DNA from: an uncultured Anaeroplasmatales bacterium
Lineage (GTDB): Bacteria; Bacillota_I; Bacilli_A; Acholeplasmatales; JAEDCM01
Direction: 5' to 3'
Assembly (NCBI GenBank): GCA_964634685.1
Contig: CAZWLD010000003.1
Location: 784 to 64,783 of the forward strand
Length of the DNA: 64,000 nucleotides
Shown here: positions 50,664 through 61,101 of the stretch, piece after piece
Layout of the letters: each line of letters begins with the position of its first letter
Numbering within the stretch: position 1 is the first letter of the stretch
The notes under the pieces: model-generated
Seen by the model: only the letters and a program-made list of their open reading frames with translations
Told to the model about the DNA's origin: nothing
Database searches by the model: none
Made by a program: the position numbers and the translations under genes

Positions 50664-52754
50664 ATGAATAAAGAAGATTCTAAATTATTGAAACTCTTAA
50701 GCGTTCTTGAAGCAGAAAACAATGATCATGGATACAATTATGTCGTACCTGATTTATGGAATGCTTGGAGCTATAATGGGGAAGAAAAACAATTTTTACC
50801 TAATGGTGAAATCATTGTTAATCCATATTCTTTCTATGCTTCTGTGATTAAGGATTACATCCTTCCACAAGCAAAAAAAGACAAAAACTATTCACAATCA
50901 TTATCACAAATTAAACAAGCAAAGCATGCCGCAAGCTATAAAGGCGGAGATTGGGTTAAAAAATCCGTTTTATATTCAACAATGGTCAGAACATCAACCT
51001 CTTGGGACCATGACCGAAACGGCAAAATTGATGATGCTAACGTTTATCATTTAAAGGAAACTGGTACCTTTGTTAAATCCCTAGCATTACTTCCATTATT
51101 AAAGAAAATGGGTGTTGATGTTGTCTATCTTTTACCAATTTCTAAATTCTCTTTAAAAGACAAAAAAGGAGAATTAGGTTCACCTTATGGTGTATCTAAC
51201 ATCTTTGAAATTGACCCTAATTTAAAGGATCCAATCACTAAGGATCATATGACTGTTGATGAGGAATTCCAAGCCTTCGTTGAAGCTGTTCATATTCTTG
51301 ATATGCGTATCACTATCGATATCATTCCTCGTACCAATGCTGTTGAAAATGATTTAATCATCGATCATCCTGATTGGTTCTATTGGATCAACGCCAAGGA
51401 TATGCCTAAATATCATACTCCTCATGTTGAGGGTGTTGGCGATTGTAAATCACCACTTCCAGAATATATGCCATTCGTATATAAATCACCTGAGGTTTTA
51501 AAGCACATTGCTTTATTCCAAAAAAATCCACTTGAAGCTGACCCAGCTAAATGGAAGGAATTAAAGAAGGAATACAATAAGAAATCAAATCAAAAATCGA
51601 TTTGTGAGCTTATTGAAGAATACTATGGTCTAAAGGTAGCACCGGCCTTCTCCGATTGTATCAATGACCCTCAGCCTCCATGGACTGACGTAACGTTCTT
51701 CCGTATGTTCTTAGATAACCCTGAATTAACCGCTGATTTAGCTCCAAAGGACGCTAATCCATACATTTTATTTGATACAATTAAATCAAATATCTTCCAA
51801 GGAAAGAAGCCTAATCAAGGATTATGGGATACCTTATCTGATATCGTTCCTTACTATCAAAGACATTATGGAATTGATGGTGCTCGTATTGATATGGGTC
51901 ATGCTCTTCCAAGTAAATTATTGGACCAAATTATTTCAAAAGCTCGCGAAATCGACCCTGATTTCTGCTTCATCGCTGAAGAATTAAATCCAGATAACGC
52001 TCCAAAAGCCAAAGAAAACGGATATAACTGTATCATCGGAAATGGCTTTATGATGGAAACTCGTTTATGGGATCCAAAGCTAAAGGAATTTATGCTTGGC
52101 ACTGCCAATTTAGCTCTTCCATCATTCGCTTGTGGTGAAACTCACGATACACCACGTCTAGCTGCTCGTGATGGTGGTAGAAACTTTGCGAAAATGCTTG
52201 CGGTTATGAATATGTTTGTTCCTAACGGAATTCCTTTCATTAACTCTGGACAAGAGGTATATGAAACTCAACCAATGAACACTGGTCTTGATTGCCGTCC
52301 AAACGAAGCCTATATGCTTGATCCAAGCGATCCATATTATGGAAAATTAGCATTATTCGATAAATTTGCTATTCACTATCTAAACCATATGCGTTGGGAT
52401 ATTCCTGATAACCTTGAGAAGGTTAAGAACATTCGTAATGAATACCTAACAACAATTACTAATGTTAAAAACTATATGCCAGTTAATTTTGAAAACAACA
52501 ATACCTTTGGATTTGCCTATAAGCTTCCTAATAAACAAATCCTCTTAATTGTTGCGAATGCCAATCCATATGAGCCTTCTTCCACAAAAGCTTTAGTTTA
52601 TGATTTACGTAAGAAATGCAAAAATGATTCAATCGTTGGTGAATTATTATACGGAATGCATGAACGTGGAGCTCGTCGCTTCCTTGAATTCGATGAATGG
52701 AAAAATCCATACTTCTTCATGGGACCTGGCGAAGTAAAAGTAATCAAATTCTAA
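50664..52754 (+). CDS. GH13 alpha-amylase-family enzyme, maltosyltransferase-like
   Basis: YLLPISK...GSPY; catalytic RIDMGHA, IAEE, ETHDTPR. Confidence 0.8.
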   Translation: MNKEDSKLLKLLSVLEAENNDHGYNYVVPDLWNAWSYNGEEKQFLPNGEIIVNPYSFYASVIKDYILPQAKKDKNYSQSLSQIKQAKHAASYKGGDWVKKSVLYSTMVRTSTSWDHDRNGKIDDANVYHLKETGTFVKSLALLPLLKKMGVDVVYLLPISKFSLKDKKGELGSPYGVSNIFEIDPNLKDPITKDHMTVDEEFQAFVEAVHILDMRITIDIIPRTNAVENDLIIDHPDWFYWINAKDMPKYHTPHVEGVGDCKSPLPEYMPFVYKSPEVLKHIALFQKNPLEADPAKWKELKKEYNKKSNQKSICELIEEYYGLKVAPAFSDCINDPQPPWTDVTFFRMFLDNPELTADLAPKDANPYILFDTIKSNIFQGKKPNQGLWDTLSDIVPYYQRHYGIDGARIDMGHALPSKLLDQIISKAREIDPDFCFIAEELNPDNAPKAKENGYNCIIGNGFMMETRLWDPKLKEFMLGTANLALPSFACGETHDTPRLAARDGGRNFAKMLAVMNMFVPNGIPFINSGQEVYETQPMNTGLDCRPNEAYMLDPSDPYYGKLALFDKFAIHYLNHMRWDIPDNLEKVKNIRNEYLTTITNVKNYMPVNFENNNTFGFAYKLPNKQILLIVANANPYEPSSTKALVYDLRKKCKNDSIVGELLYGMHERGARRFLEFDEWKNPYFFMGPGEVKVIKF

Positions 52755-52756
52755 TT

Positions 52757-52790
52757 AAAAGAGGTTGACTTTATTGTCAACTTCTTTTTT
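52757..52790 (+). terminator. Terminator of the GH13 gene
   Basis: AAAAGAGGTTGAC / GTCAACTTCTTTT stem with a T-run. Confidence 0.75.
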
Positions 52791-52839
52791 ACATTGTGTA
52801 AAAAAAAGAACCTTTCGGTTCTTTAAACATTGAGGTTCT

Positions 52840-54396
52840 TTAGTCCTCTAGATATTTTGAAACAATTCTTACAGCCGTATCTAAATCAGTTAAAAAGACA
52901 GGACCTTGGTCAGAATTTCCAATGATTTTTAAATCCACAAGCTTATTTAAAATCGCATTAGCTCGTGATTGACCTAAATAAAATTCACTTTGAAGCTTGT
53001 TTGAGGAAATAACCTTGTTATTCATCAAAAAGATAACTGCTTCTAAAAGAAGCTCATCCTTCTTCTCAAAAGTCTTTGGAGTTTCCTTTACTTGTGGCTT
53101 TTCTTCAACCTTTTTTTCTTCCTCAATTGGCTTCTCATCATCAAGCTTTGGATCATTTCTTCCTAAATATTTATCGAGCTCTTCCTTCATATTTTTCGGA
53201 ATACTTCTTTCAACAGGGAAGGTATGACTATTAACAACACGATTACTAAATTCCTTTAAAAAAGAAATTGTGTTATCTAAATATTCAGGCGTTATAAAAT
53301 CAATGACATCCTTTCTTGTGTGAATTTCAGCGCCACCATTAGCGGAAATACGAGCAAAGGATACCGCTGGAATTCCATTATCCGCAAATGGCGTTGAATC
53401 GGAAGAATAAACGCCTTGACGAACGCGAATTGGGAATCCAATTTCCTTTCCCATATAATCGATATAATTAACTAAAGAATTTTCAGCTGTACAAACAGCG
53501 ATGTCTTTTCCTAAAACAACGCCAGTCATATCAAGATTGATATTGAGGACAATTTTATCTAGGATATCCTTATGGTCTTTAACATAAGCCTTAGAGCCTA
53601 ATAATCCCATCTCTTCACTACCACACCAAATAAAACGAACGGTACGCTTTGGTTTGTTCATAACAAAGTAGCGAAGTAATTCCATTATCGTAACACTACC
53701 GGTACCATTATCATAGGCCCCGCTTGAAAATTCAACCGAATCATAATGAGCGGTAAAGCAAACAACCTCATCAGGAATTGTACTACCCTTAATTTCACAA
53801 ATCAAATTACGACTCTTAGTTTTTCCTTCATTTTGAACTAACGTCAAGCGAACCTTTTTCGGATTTGATAAAAAAAACTCCTCCGCATCCTTAATTCGCA
53901 TCGTAACGCCTGGTATTTTACCATATCGATATTGACGCTCACGCAAGCTTCTTGTCTCTAAATCGGTTTTATCAAAATCATCATATAATGATCCTGATGT
54001 CGAAATAAAGCCCGCAACCTTACTGTCAACTAATCTCTTATAGGTTGGGACATCAAAGCGATTATTAATTAAAACAATTTTGCCCTTAGCCTGATATAAA
54101 TTAACTGGAAGTCCATCCTCGACATATAGGAAATGACCCTCAATTCCTCTTGGGTCAGTTGAACCACTCATCTTATAGCCAGTAACGTTATAATTGCGAT
54201 AGTAAGGCTCTAAAACCTCTAACCTACAATCCTTGATTTCTGATGAATCAATATCGAATTCCTCAGTGTAGGACTTTACCCCTAGGGCTTCAATTTCCGA
54301 TTGTAAAATCGCAATACAATCAAGCTCCTCAGTTGTTCCTCCCCGTCTTTCAAAGCTGATTTTTTTTAATAAATCATAAGCTCTACTTTGTGCCAT
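52840..54396 (-). CDS. M28-family aminopeptidase with PA domain and C-terminal FtsK-gamma-like winged helix
   Basis: AHYDS, GAYDNGTG, GSEEMGL, NLDM and HTRKD ligands; C-terminal EAVIF...LQSEFYLGQSRANAIL. Confidence 0.8.
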   Translation of the reverse strand: MAQSRAYDLLKKISFERRGGTTEELDCIAILQSEIEALGVKSYTEEFDIDSSEIKDCRLEVLEPYYRNYNVTGYKMSGSTDPRGIEGHFLYVEDGLPVNLYQAKGKIVLINNRFDVPTYKRLVDSKVAGFISTSGSLYDDFDKTDLETRSLRERQYRYGKIPGVTMRIKDAEEFFLSNPKKVRLTLVQNEGKTKSRNLICEIKGSTIPDEVVCFTAHYDSVEFSSGAYDNGTGSVTIMELLRYFVMNKPKRTVRFIWCGSEEMGLLGSKAYVKDHKDILDKIVLNINLDMTGVVLGKDIAVCTAENSLVNYIDYMGKEIGFPIRVRQGVYSSDSTPFADNGIPAVSFARISANGGAEIHTRKDVIDFITPEYLDNTISFLKEFSNRVVNSHTFPVERSIPKNMKEELDKYLGRNDPKLDDEKPIEEEKKVEEKPQVKETPKTFEKKDELLLEAVIFLMNNKVISSNKLQSEFYLGQSRANAILNKLVDLKIIGNSDQGPVFLTDLDTAVRIVSKYLED

Positions 54397-54400
54397 TATA

Positions 54401-55399
54401 TCACTCCTCGTATGCTTTAATAATATTTTGAGCTATTCTTAAATATTCTTGACCATTATAATCATTCTCTTCAAAAATCGAATGATAATTTCCGCTTGGT
54501 TGACCGATGGCAATTTGACCTAGCAATTTGGTATTAAGCTTCATACTAACTAAAGCTCCCCCTCCACGGCCAAAAATATATTCCTTTTCCCCATTAACAG
54601 GGTTAATGAAATAGGCCATGTTTTCAACTACACCCAAAATACTTTGGCCTAATTGCATCGCTCCATAGCCAGCCTTAACGGCAATATTCGCTGCCCCCAT
54701 ATGCGGAGTCGTCACAACAATCATCTTCGCATCAGGCGCAAATTGCTTCATATCAATTGCCACATCACCAGTACCTGGAGGCAAATCAACTAATAAATAT
54801 TCTAAATCCTCGCTCCATAATACATCATTAAAGAAATGGTTTAGCATTTTACCAAGCATTCCCCCGCGCCACATAATTGGCGATTCATGATCGGTAAAAT
54901 ATTCCGTTGACATAACTTCAATTCCATCCTCATTAAATGGCAACATTTTGTTATTCTCATCAGCCATAACATTTTTAAGCTCGAGCTCCATAACATTAGG
55001 AATTGATGGTCCATAAATATCCGCATCAATGATTCCGACATGCTTTCCTAATCGCTTAAGCGCAACGGCAATATTGGCGGTAACAGTTGATTTTCCAACT
55101 CCACCCTTACCACTTCCAATGATAATAATTTTTCTTTCAACAATTGGACGAATATTATTAATATCCACAAATTTTACTTTAATTCCCGGATATCCTAAAT
55201 TAAGCTTAACTAAACGAATTAAGGCGGTTTTAAAGTGCTCCTTTTCTTCGCCATCAACCTTACCTAAGGCAATCGTAAGATTTAAAACGCCATCCTCCTC
55301 TTTTATTTCATATAAACCATTAGTTTCTCTTAAAGTTCGATTTAGGCTTGTATCAACTAAATCTAAAATTCTTTCTTTTGTTTCTTCTAAATTAATCAT
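54401..55399 (-). CDS. Mrp/NBP35 (ApbC/SalA-like) P-loop ATPase
   Basis: GSGKGGVGKST, DADIYGPS, MWRGGML, DLPPGTGD, GVVENMAYF. Confidence 0.9.
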   Translation of the reverse strand: MINLEETKERILDLVDTSLNRTLRETNGLYEIKEEDGVLNLTIALGKVDGEEKEHFKTALIRLVKLNLGYPGIKVKFVDINNIRPIVERKIIIIGSGKGGVGKSTVTANIAVALKRLGKHVGIIDADIYGPSIPNVMELELKNVMADENNKMLPFNEDGIEVMSTEYFTDHESPIMWRGGMLGKMLNHFFNDVLWSEDLEYLLVDLPPGTGDVAIDMKQFAPDAKMIVVTTPHMGAANIAVKAGYGAMQLGQSILGVVENMAYFINPVNGEKEYIFGRGGGALVSMKLNTKLLGQIAIGQPSGNYHSIFEENDYNGQEYLRIAQNIIKAYEE

Positions 55400-55521
55400 T
55401 TTATATCACCATAGATAATTGTATCATAGATTAGTTTTCTTTTCCATAAAAAAAAGAAATCGTGGCCACAAAACCACGAAAATCTTTTAGTATATTAAAA
55501 CAATCGGGGTATAATTTTACA

Positions 55522-55859
55522 TTATTTCAAAACATTCCAATAACCTGTTTTGTTAGATCCAATTCTCTTCAATAATCCTTTGCTTTTTAATGTGTCTTAT
55601 TAATTACTTCTTCTTTTAAAGCCTTTTTATTTGCTTTATACACATTTAAAACAGCAATTTCTTCTTTGGATAATTCGCCATTTATTTCGCCATTTATTTC
55701 GCCGTTTCTGTCGATTCTTGAAAATTCAATCGTAAAATCATTTTCGTTGTTAATATACGAAATCTCTACATTTGATTCCTTGCAAAGATTGTATTCATCT
55801 TCAAAAACACATTTAAAGTGCATACTATTACGTTGGCCTTGAATATTAATTCTTCGCTA
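55522..55859 (-). pseudogene. 3' remnant of an ATPase/wHTH regulator (Fic- or AlbA-associated type), frameshifted
   Basis: LCKESNVEISYINNENDFTIEF and NGEINGEINGEL repeats, then in another frame LKSKGLLKRIGSNKTGYWNVLK-stop at 55522. Confidence 0.55.
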
Positions 55860-55865
55860 CAAAAT

Positions 55866-56003
55866 TTAATCTTTGATAATTCCAAGAAGCTCTTCAACAT
55901 CGTTAATATCAACATAACCTTTTTCTTTTGTTGAAGCTTCTCCTTTTTCAAGCTCGCGCAAAAGCTCAAGCGTTGCTTGTTCTTCTATAATAGCCTTTGG
56001 CAT
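55866..56003 (-). pseudogene. 45-aa fragment resembling the C-terminal half of a Phd-type antitoxin
   Basis: MPKAIIEEQATLELLRELEKGEASTKEKGYVDINDVEELLGIIKD; no RBS; in-frame TGA three codons upstream. Confidence 0.4.
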
Positions 56004-56037
56004 AATAATTTCTCATTAAATTTTTTTCAAAAAGCAT

Positions 56038-57333
56038 TTATTCAACATATTTTGCTTTCTTAATTACACGTTTTAGCTTTTGGATTAATGATCCTTCAGA
56101 ATAATCCAAAATTGAAGCTTTATATAAAGGCATTCCAAAATAGATTATGAGGAAAGTCGTAATCGCAAGAATTACAAACGAAATAATGATTTCTAATAAA
56201 CCATAGCTTCCACTTAGGAATAATATTGGCGCAAGAATTGGACTAAAGAACGGAATATAGCCTAATATCTTTAAGAAAACCGCACCATCAAACTGGATTC
56301 CAAAAATAGCCGCATAAAATCCAACGAGCAATAAAAGCATTACTGGTGTTTGATAGCTTTGAAAATTATCCATTGATGTGGCCATTGAGCTTAAAACTGC
56401 AGTTAATACTAAATACATTGTATATCCAACTAAAATAAATAATAAAAGTGTAATAATAGTAACTGGCAATTTGGCTAAAATATGGCTCATAATATTGCTG
56501 GTAATGCCTAATTGTGCCATAACTCCCGAGTCAATGCTGGCGTTTGCTCCACCACCGATTAAGAAGGCTAAGAAGCCACCAATTCCAGCATAAGCAATTA
56601 GTAAGCCGCCTTGAATAATCATAAAAATAACCGTCGAAACAATCTTTGACGCAAAATGGGAACCCGAAGGTACATTGGAAATAATAACTTCAATCGATCT
56701 ACTTGATTTTTCTTCAATAATATCAATTCCAATAAATTGAATTAGGAAAATCAAAAGCATGAAGGTTGGGATAACAATAAACATTGAAAGAACGGTTGTG
56801 ATGGTTTTCTCAATGGCCGTTTCATCGTTTTCTGAACGCAAATAATTAATCGTTTCACTTTGATTAAATTCTGTTAATTCGGATTGAAGCTCAGGATTTT
56901 CAATTAACCAATAATGATATTTAACGCTCGAAACCGTATTAGTTAATGCCATTTCATTCGTCAAAGAAATCTCATTGACATAAGCATCCGCATAGACATA
57001 GCCCTTCTCATTAACCTTGAGGATGACTAAAGCCTCAGCTTCCTTTAACATCTCATCCTTTTTACTTTCGTCAAAGCTATCCTTGACTGTTATTTCAAAA
57101 TTACAATCACGACTATATTCCTTAAAGACTTCACTGGCATTTTGACCAGTTTCATCATATAAATAAACGATAACCGCTTCATCAAAATCGCCACCAAAGA
57201 AATTAATAATATTTCCTAAATTCGTTAACAAAACAATCAAAACAAATAAAATAATATTAACAATTAAAAAAGATTTTTTCGCTACTCTTTTCTTCAAGGA
57301 ATAGCCAACTAAATATTTAAATTTATTATCCAT
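56038..57333 (-). CDS. ABC-2 type permease (NatB/YhaP-like)
   Basis: IIEEKSSRSIEVIISNV motif; one N-terminal TM plus five C-terminal TMs. Confidence 0.85.
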   Translation of the reverse strand: MDNKFKYLVGYSLKKRVAKKSFLIVNIILFVLIVLLTNLGNIINFFGGDFDEAVIVYLYDETGQNASEVFKEYSRDCNFEITVKDSFDESKKDEMLKEAEALVILKVNEKGYVYADAYVNEISLTNEMALTNTVSSVKYHYWLIENPELQSELTEFNQSETINYLRSENDETAIEKTITTVLSMFIVIPTFMLLIFLIQFIGIDIIEEKSSRSIEVIISNVPSGSHFASKIVSTVIFMIIQGGLLIAYAGIGGFLAFLIGGGANASIDSGVMAQLGITSNIMSHILAKLPVTIITLLLFILVGYTMYLVLTAVLSSMATSMDNFQSYQTPVMLLLLVGFYAAIFGIQFDGAVFLKILGYIPFFSPILAPILFLSGSYGLLEIIISFVILAITTFLIIYFGMPLYKASILDYSEGSLIQKLKRVIKKAKYVE

Positions 57334-58225
57334 TATAAGCTGCACCTACCTTTTCAATGAAGATTTCATTCAAGGATGGCTTTTCAACTAAAAATTCCTC
57401 GATATCATCACAAGTTTTGACATAATCAAAAACCTTCTTCGTAATTGAAGGATCGGCAACCGACACAACAATTTCATTGGCATTTGGTGTGACATTGATA
57501 ACGCCATCAATCATTTTAATCTTTTCACAATCAACCAAGCCCTTAATGCGAATGGTTTTGCGCTTAAAATCATCCTTTATTTTCTCAATATAGCCATCAA
57601 TAACGGCCTTACCATTGACTAAGACAATAAGCTTTTCACAGAAAAGCTCCACATGGTCAATACGGTGGGTGGAGAAAATGATACAACAGCCTTTCTTTTG
57701 AAATTCACGAATTATTTCAATAAACATCTCAATATTTATTGGGTCTAATCCACTAAATGGTTCATCTAAAATTAAAAGCTTTGGTTCATTAATGATAGCA
57801 CTAATAAATTGAATCTTTTGTTGGTTTCCCTTTGATAATTCCTTGATCTTCTTGTTTTTGTAATCCTTGATATCTAAGCGTTCAAGCCAATAATCTAGGC
57901 GTTTATCAATCTCACTAACAGATAAGCTTTTCAATCTTCCATAATGCATAATTTGTTCATAGACCGTCATCTTCGTCATCAACGATCTTTCCTCAATCAA
58001 AAAGCCAATTTCATCGGTGCATGAATAATCGATTTTTTTTCCTTTCCATAAAATTTCACCCTGTGTAGGTGATAATAACCCCATAATCATTCTAAATGTT
58101 GTCGTTTTACCGGCACCATTCGTTCCTAAAAGGCCAAATATTTCGCCTTCATTAACATTAAAGCTAATATTATTTACGGCCACAAGCTCACCAAAATTTT
58201 TGGTGACGCCCTTTACCTCAAGCAT
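57326..58225 (-). CDS. ABC transporter ATP-binding protein (NatA/YhaQ-like)
   Basis: GTNGAGKTT, LSKGNQQK, ILDEPFSGLDP. Confidence 0.9.
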   Translation of the reverse strand: MLEVKGVTKNFGELVAVNNISFNVNEGEIFGLLGTNGAGKTTTFRMIMGLLSPTQGEILWKGKKIDYSCTDEIGFLIEERSLMTKMTVYEQIMHYGRLKSLSVSEIDKRLDYWLERLDIKDYKNKKIKELSKGNQQKIQFISAIINEPKLLILDEPFSGLDPINIEMFIEIIREFQKKGCCIIFSTHRIDHVELFCEKLIVLVNGKAVIDGYIEKIKDDFKRKTIRIKGLVDCEKIKMIDGVINVTPNANEIVVSVADPSITKKVFDYVKTCDDIEEFLVEKPSLNEIFIEKVGAAYNG

Positions 58226-58309
58226 AAAAAATTCCTCCCTTGCATATTAATTATACAACAAAATTAATTATAATGCAATAAAATTATTTTAAATTATTTT
58301 TAATTACAA

Positions 58310-58343
58310 AAAAGCAGTATCGATAATTTTCAATACTGCTTTT
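58310..58343. terminator. Terminator after thrS-mscL
   Basis: AAAAGCAGTAT / ATACTGCTTTT stem. Confidence 0.7.
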
Positions 58344-58368
58344 CTTAAACTCTAATTTTTATTAAGAA

Positions 58369-58905
58369 TTAGTTAGCTTCTTTTTTTTCTTTTAAAAGCT
58401 CAACAATCTCTGCTAATAATTCTTCAGTTGTTGGCTTAACAACCTCAGGCTCTGGTTCTGGTTCAACTGCCTCAACGACAACTTCCTCTTCCTTTTGCTT
58501 TTTCAATTTTTCTTCGAATTCTTTACGCTTTTTAGCAAATCCATTTGCGACCTTTAAAATGATAAATAAAGTCAATGCGATAAAGAAGAAATTGATGATT
58601 GACTCAAAGAAGGCACTCCAATTGATGTAATTTAAGACAGTATAAGACTTACCATTAGGTCCTAAAACTGTCGCAGCGCCATTTGCAATATCCTCGGCAG
58701 TTGCTAAAACACTATTTGGCATAATTGTGTATAAGCATTCACCATCAGTAATGTAAGATAGTGCCCAGTTAACAACTGGCATCAAAATTTGTTTATTTAA
58801 GGTTGTGACGATGGTATTGAAGGCACCTCCGACAATAACACCGACAGCCATATCAAGAATGTTTCCTCTTGTAATAAATGCTTTAAATTCTTGAACTAAT
58901 TTCAT
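58369..58905 (-). CDS. mscL: Large-conductance mechanosensitive channel, copy 2 (long extracellular loop)
   Basis: EFKAFITRGNILDMAVGVIVGGAF and SIINFFFIAL. Confidence 0.88.
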   Translation of the reverse strand: MKLVQEFKAFITRGNILDMAVGVIVGGAFNTIVTTLNKQILMPVVNWALSYITDGECLYTIMPNSVLATAEDIANGAATVLGPNGKSYTVLNYINWSAFFESIINFFFIALTLFIILKVANGFAKKRKEFEEKLKKQKEEEVVVEAVEPEPEPEVVKPTTEELLAEIVELLKEKKEAN

Positions 58906-58918
58906 TTTTTAATCTCCT

Positions 58919-60820
58919 CTACTTTAAATCTTTGATTTGTTCTTTAATCATTGCGACAAATTCATCCACTGGAACATTAATTTGTTCTTGTTTGCCATAA
59001 CAACGATAGGTTACCGTATTGGTATTAACCTCATTATCACCAATTACTAATTGATAAGGAATTTTCTTGGTTTGGGCCTCACGAATCTTATATCCAAGCT
59101 TTTCATCACGATAATCGTCCTCAAAACGAATACCAGCCTCAAAGAAAACCTTATTAAGCTTTTCACAATAATCCTTGTGTAAGCTCATATTAACAGGAAT
59201 TATTTTTACTTGAACTGGCGCAAGCCATGTTGGGAAGGCACCCGCATAGTTTTCAATAATAATTCCGATGAATCTTTCTAAAGATCCGAAACAAGCACGG
59301 TGAATCATTACTGGGGTTTTCTTCGTTCCATCCTCGGCTACATATGTACAATCAAAACGACCTGGCAATTGCATGTCTAGTTGCACTGTTCCACATTGCC
59401 AAATACGATTCATTGAATCCCGAAGCTTGAAGTCAAGCTTTGGGCCATAGAAGGCACCATCACCTGGATTGATTTTAAAATTATGACCAGTCGCTAGACA
59501 AGCTTTTTTAAGAGCCTCTTCAGCCTCATCCCAAACCTCAATTGATCCGATGAAATTATCCTCAGGACGAGTCGATAATTCAATTGAATAATCAAGACCG
59601 AAAACCGAATAAACGTAATCGTATAATGATAAAATACGCGCAACCTCTTCTCCAACCTGATCCTCACGTAATAAAATATGAGCATCATCTTGGGTAAAGC
59701 CACGAACTCTAAATAAACCGCTTAAAGCACCACTTGCCTCATAACGATGAACATTTCCTAATTCTGAATATCGAAGTGGCAAATCCTTATAGGAATGAAG
59801 TTCATTTTTATAAACCAAAATAGCTCCTGGACAGTTCATTGGCTTAATGGCATAGGTTCCATCCTCCACATCAATTGTGAACATATCATCCTTATAATGA
59901 TCCCAGTGTCCTGATGTCTCCCATAATTGACGATTAAGCATAATTGGCGTATTGATTGTTAAATATCCACGCTCCTTATGTAATCTTAACCAGAAATCCT
60001 CTAATGTACGTCTTAAAGTATAGCCATTAGGAAGCCAGAATGGTAAACCTGGACCATAATCAGAAATCATAAATAAACCAAGCTCACGGCCAATCTTACG
60101 GTGATCTCTTTTCTTTCTTTCCTCAAGATTAGTCAAATGATTTTTTAATTCATCGGCAGTATAGAAGCTTGTGCCATAAATACGTGTCAATTGTTTGTTT
60201 TTGGAATCTCCTCGCCAGTAGGCTCCGGCAATTGATAATAGCTTGAAGTTTTTGATTTCCTTCGTATTTAATAAATGAACACCACGGCATAAATCTCTAA
60301 ATTCACCTTGTTCATAAATGGTAATTGTACCTTCTAGCTCATTAATCAATTCAACCTTATAAGGATTATCCTTGAAAAGCTCTAAAGCCTCTTCCTTAGA
60401 AACCTCGCGACGATTGATATCAACAGCCTCACTTGAAATATTAGCCATTGTCTTTTCAATTTTAGCTAAATCATCAGTTGATAAAACAACATCACCAAAA
60501 TCAATGTCATAATAGAAGCCCTCCTCAATAGTTGGACCAATTCCAAATTTAGCATTTGGATATAATCTTTTAACAGCTTGAGCAAGAAGGTGAGCTGTAC
60601 TATGATTTAAAACATCAAAGGCAATCGGATTTTCCTTCGTAATTAATTCTAAGCAACAATCATTTACAATCGGGCGATTTAAATCATATAGCTCATCATT
60701 AACCTTTGCACACACCGTTTTCTTTCGCAAATTTGGTGAAATCATAGCCGCAATCTCGGCAGCTGTAATTTGTTCCTGATATTCCTTTACTGAATTATCA
60801 GGAAAAGTAACCTTAATCAT
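58919..60820 (-). CDS. thrS: Threonine--tRNA ligase
   Basis: TGS domain, HSTAHLL, RDHRKIG, KPMNCPG, MIHRA; Thr T-box upstream. Confidence 0.98.
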   Translation of the reverse strand: MIKVTFPDNSVKEYQEQITAAEIAAMISPNLRKKTVCAKVNDELYDLNRPIVNDCCLELITKENPIAFDVLNHSTAHLLAQAVKRLYPNAKFGIGPTIEEGFYYDIDFGDVVLSTDDLAKIEKTMANISSEAVDINRREVSKEEALELFKDNPYKVELINELEGTITIYEQGEFRDLCRGVHLLNTKEIKNFKLLSIAGAYWRGDSKNKQLTRIYGTSFYTADELKNHLTNLEERKKRDHRKIGRELGLFMISDYGPGLPFWLPNGYTLRRTLEDFWLRLHKERGYLTINTPIMLNRQLWETSGHWDHYKDDMFTIDVEDGTYAIKPMNCPGAILVYKNELHSYKDLPLRYSELGNVHRYEASGALSGLFRVRGFTQDDAHILLREDQVGEEVARILSLYDYVYSVFGLDYSIELSTRPEDNFIGSIEVWDEAEEALKKACLATGHNFKINPGDGAFYGPKLDFKLRDSMNRIWQCGTVQLDMQLPGRFDCTYVAEDGTKKTPVMIHRACFGSLERFIGIIIENYAGAFPTWLAPVQVKIIPVNMSLHKDYCEKLNKVFFEAGIRFEDDYRDEKLGYKIREAQTKKIPYQLVIGDNEVNTNTVTYRCYGKQEQINVPVDEFVAMIKEQIKDLK

Positions 60821-60835
60821 CTTTTTTTCCTCCTT

Positions 60836-61050
60836 TATAAAAAAAAGACATCCTTATATATAAGGACGTCATTAACGCGGTACCACCTTAGTTCTAGAAT
60901 AAATCTAGCTCTTGAATCTTTAACGCAGACCTACGGATTTCCATTTCTGGTTCTACTCCATGGGAGTAATTATAAAACAGTATATAGCAGCTTCCACCAT
61001 CTCTGCCTCGCTTGATATCTTCATCTTATAATCATATCCACTTCATCGTA
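60836..61050 (-). ncRNA. T-box riboswitch, Thr specifier
   Basis: AAGGTGGTACCGCG (60889-60876), terminator 60870-60838, AGTAGA-ACC-AG with ACC at 60951-60949. Confidence 0.88.
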
Positions 61051-61056
61051 CAATTT

Positions 61057-61085
61057 ATTTTATTACTAATTTTTTTAAATGTCAA
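61057..61085 (-). promoter_or_regulatory. Promoter of the thrS T-box leader
   Basis: TTGACA (61085-61080), 17 nt, TAAAAT (61062-61057). Confidence 0.78.
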
Positions 61086-61101
61086 TATAAGGTCGGCGTT
61101 T

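Noticed and set aside
55587-55969. Track ORFs 55587-55823 and 55766-55969 as intact genes
   Set aside because: No RBS, overlapping frames, and the recognisable motifs are split across frames; treated as pseudogene debris.
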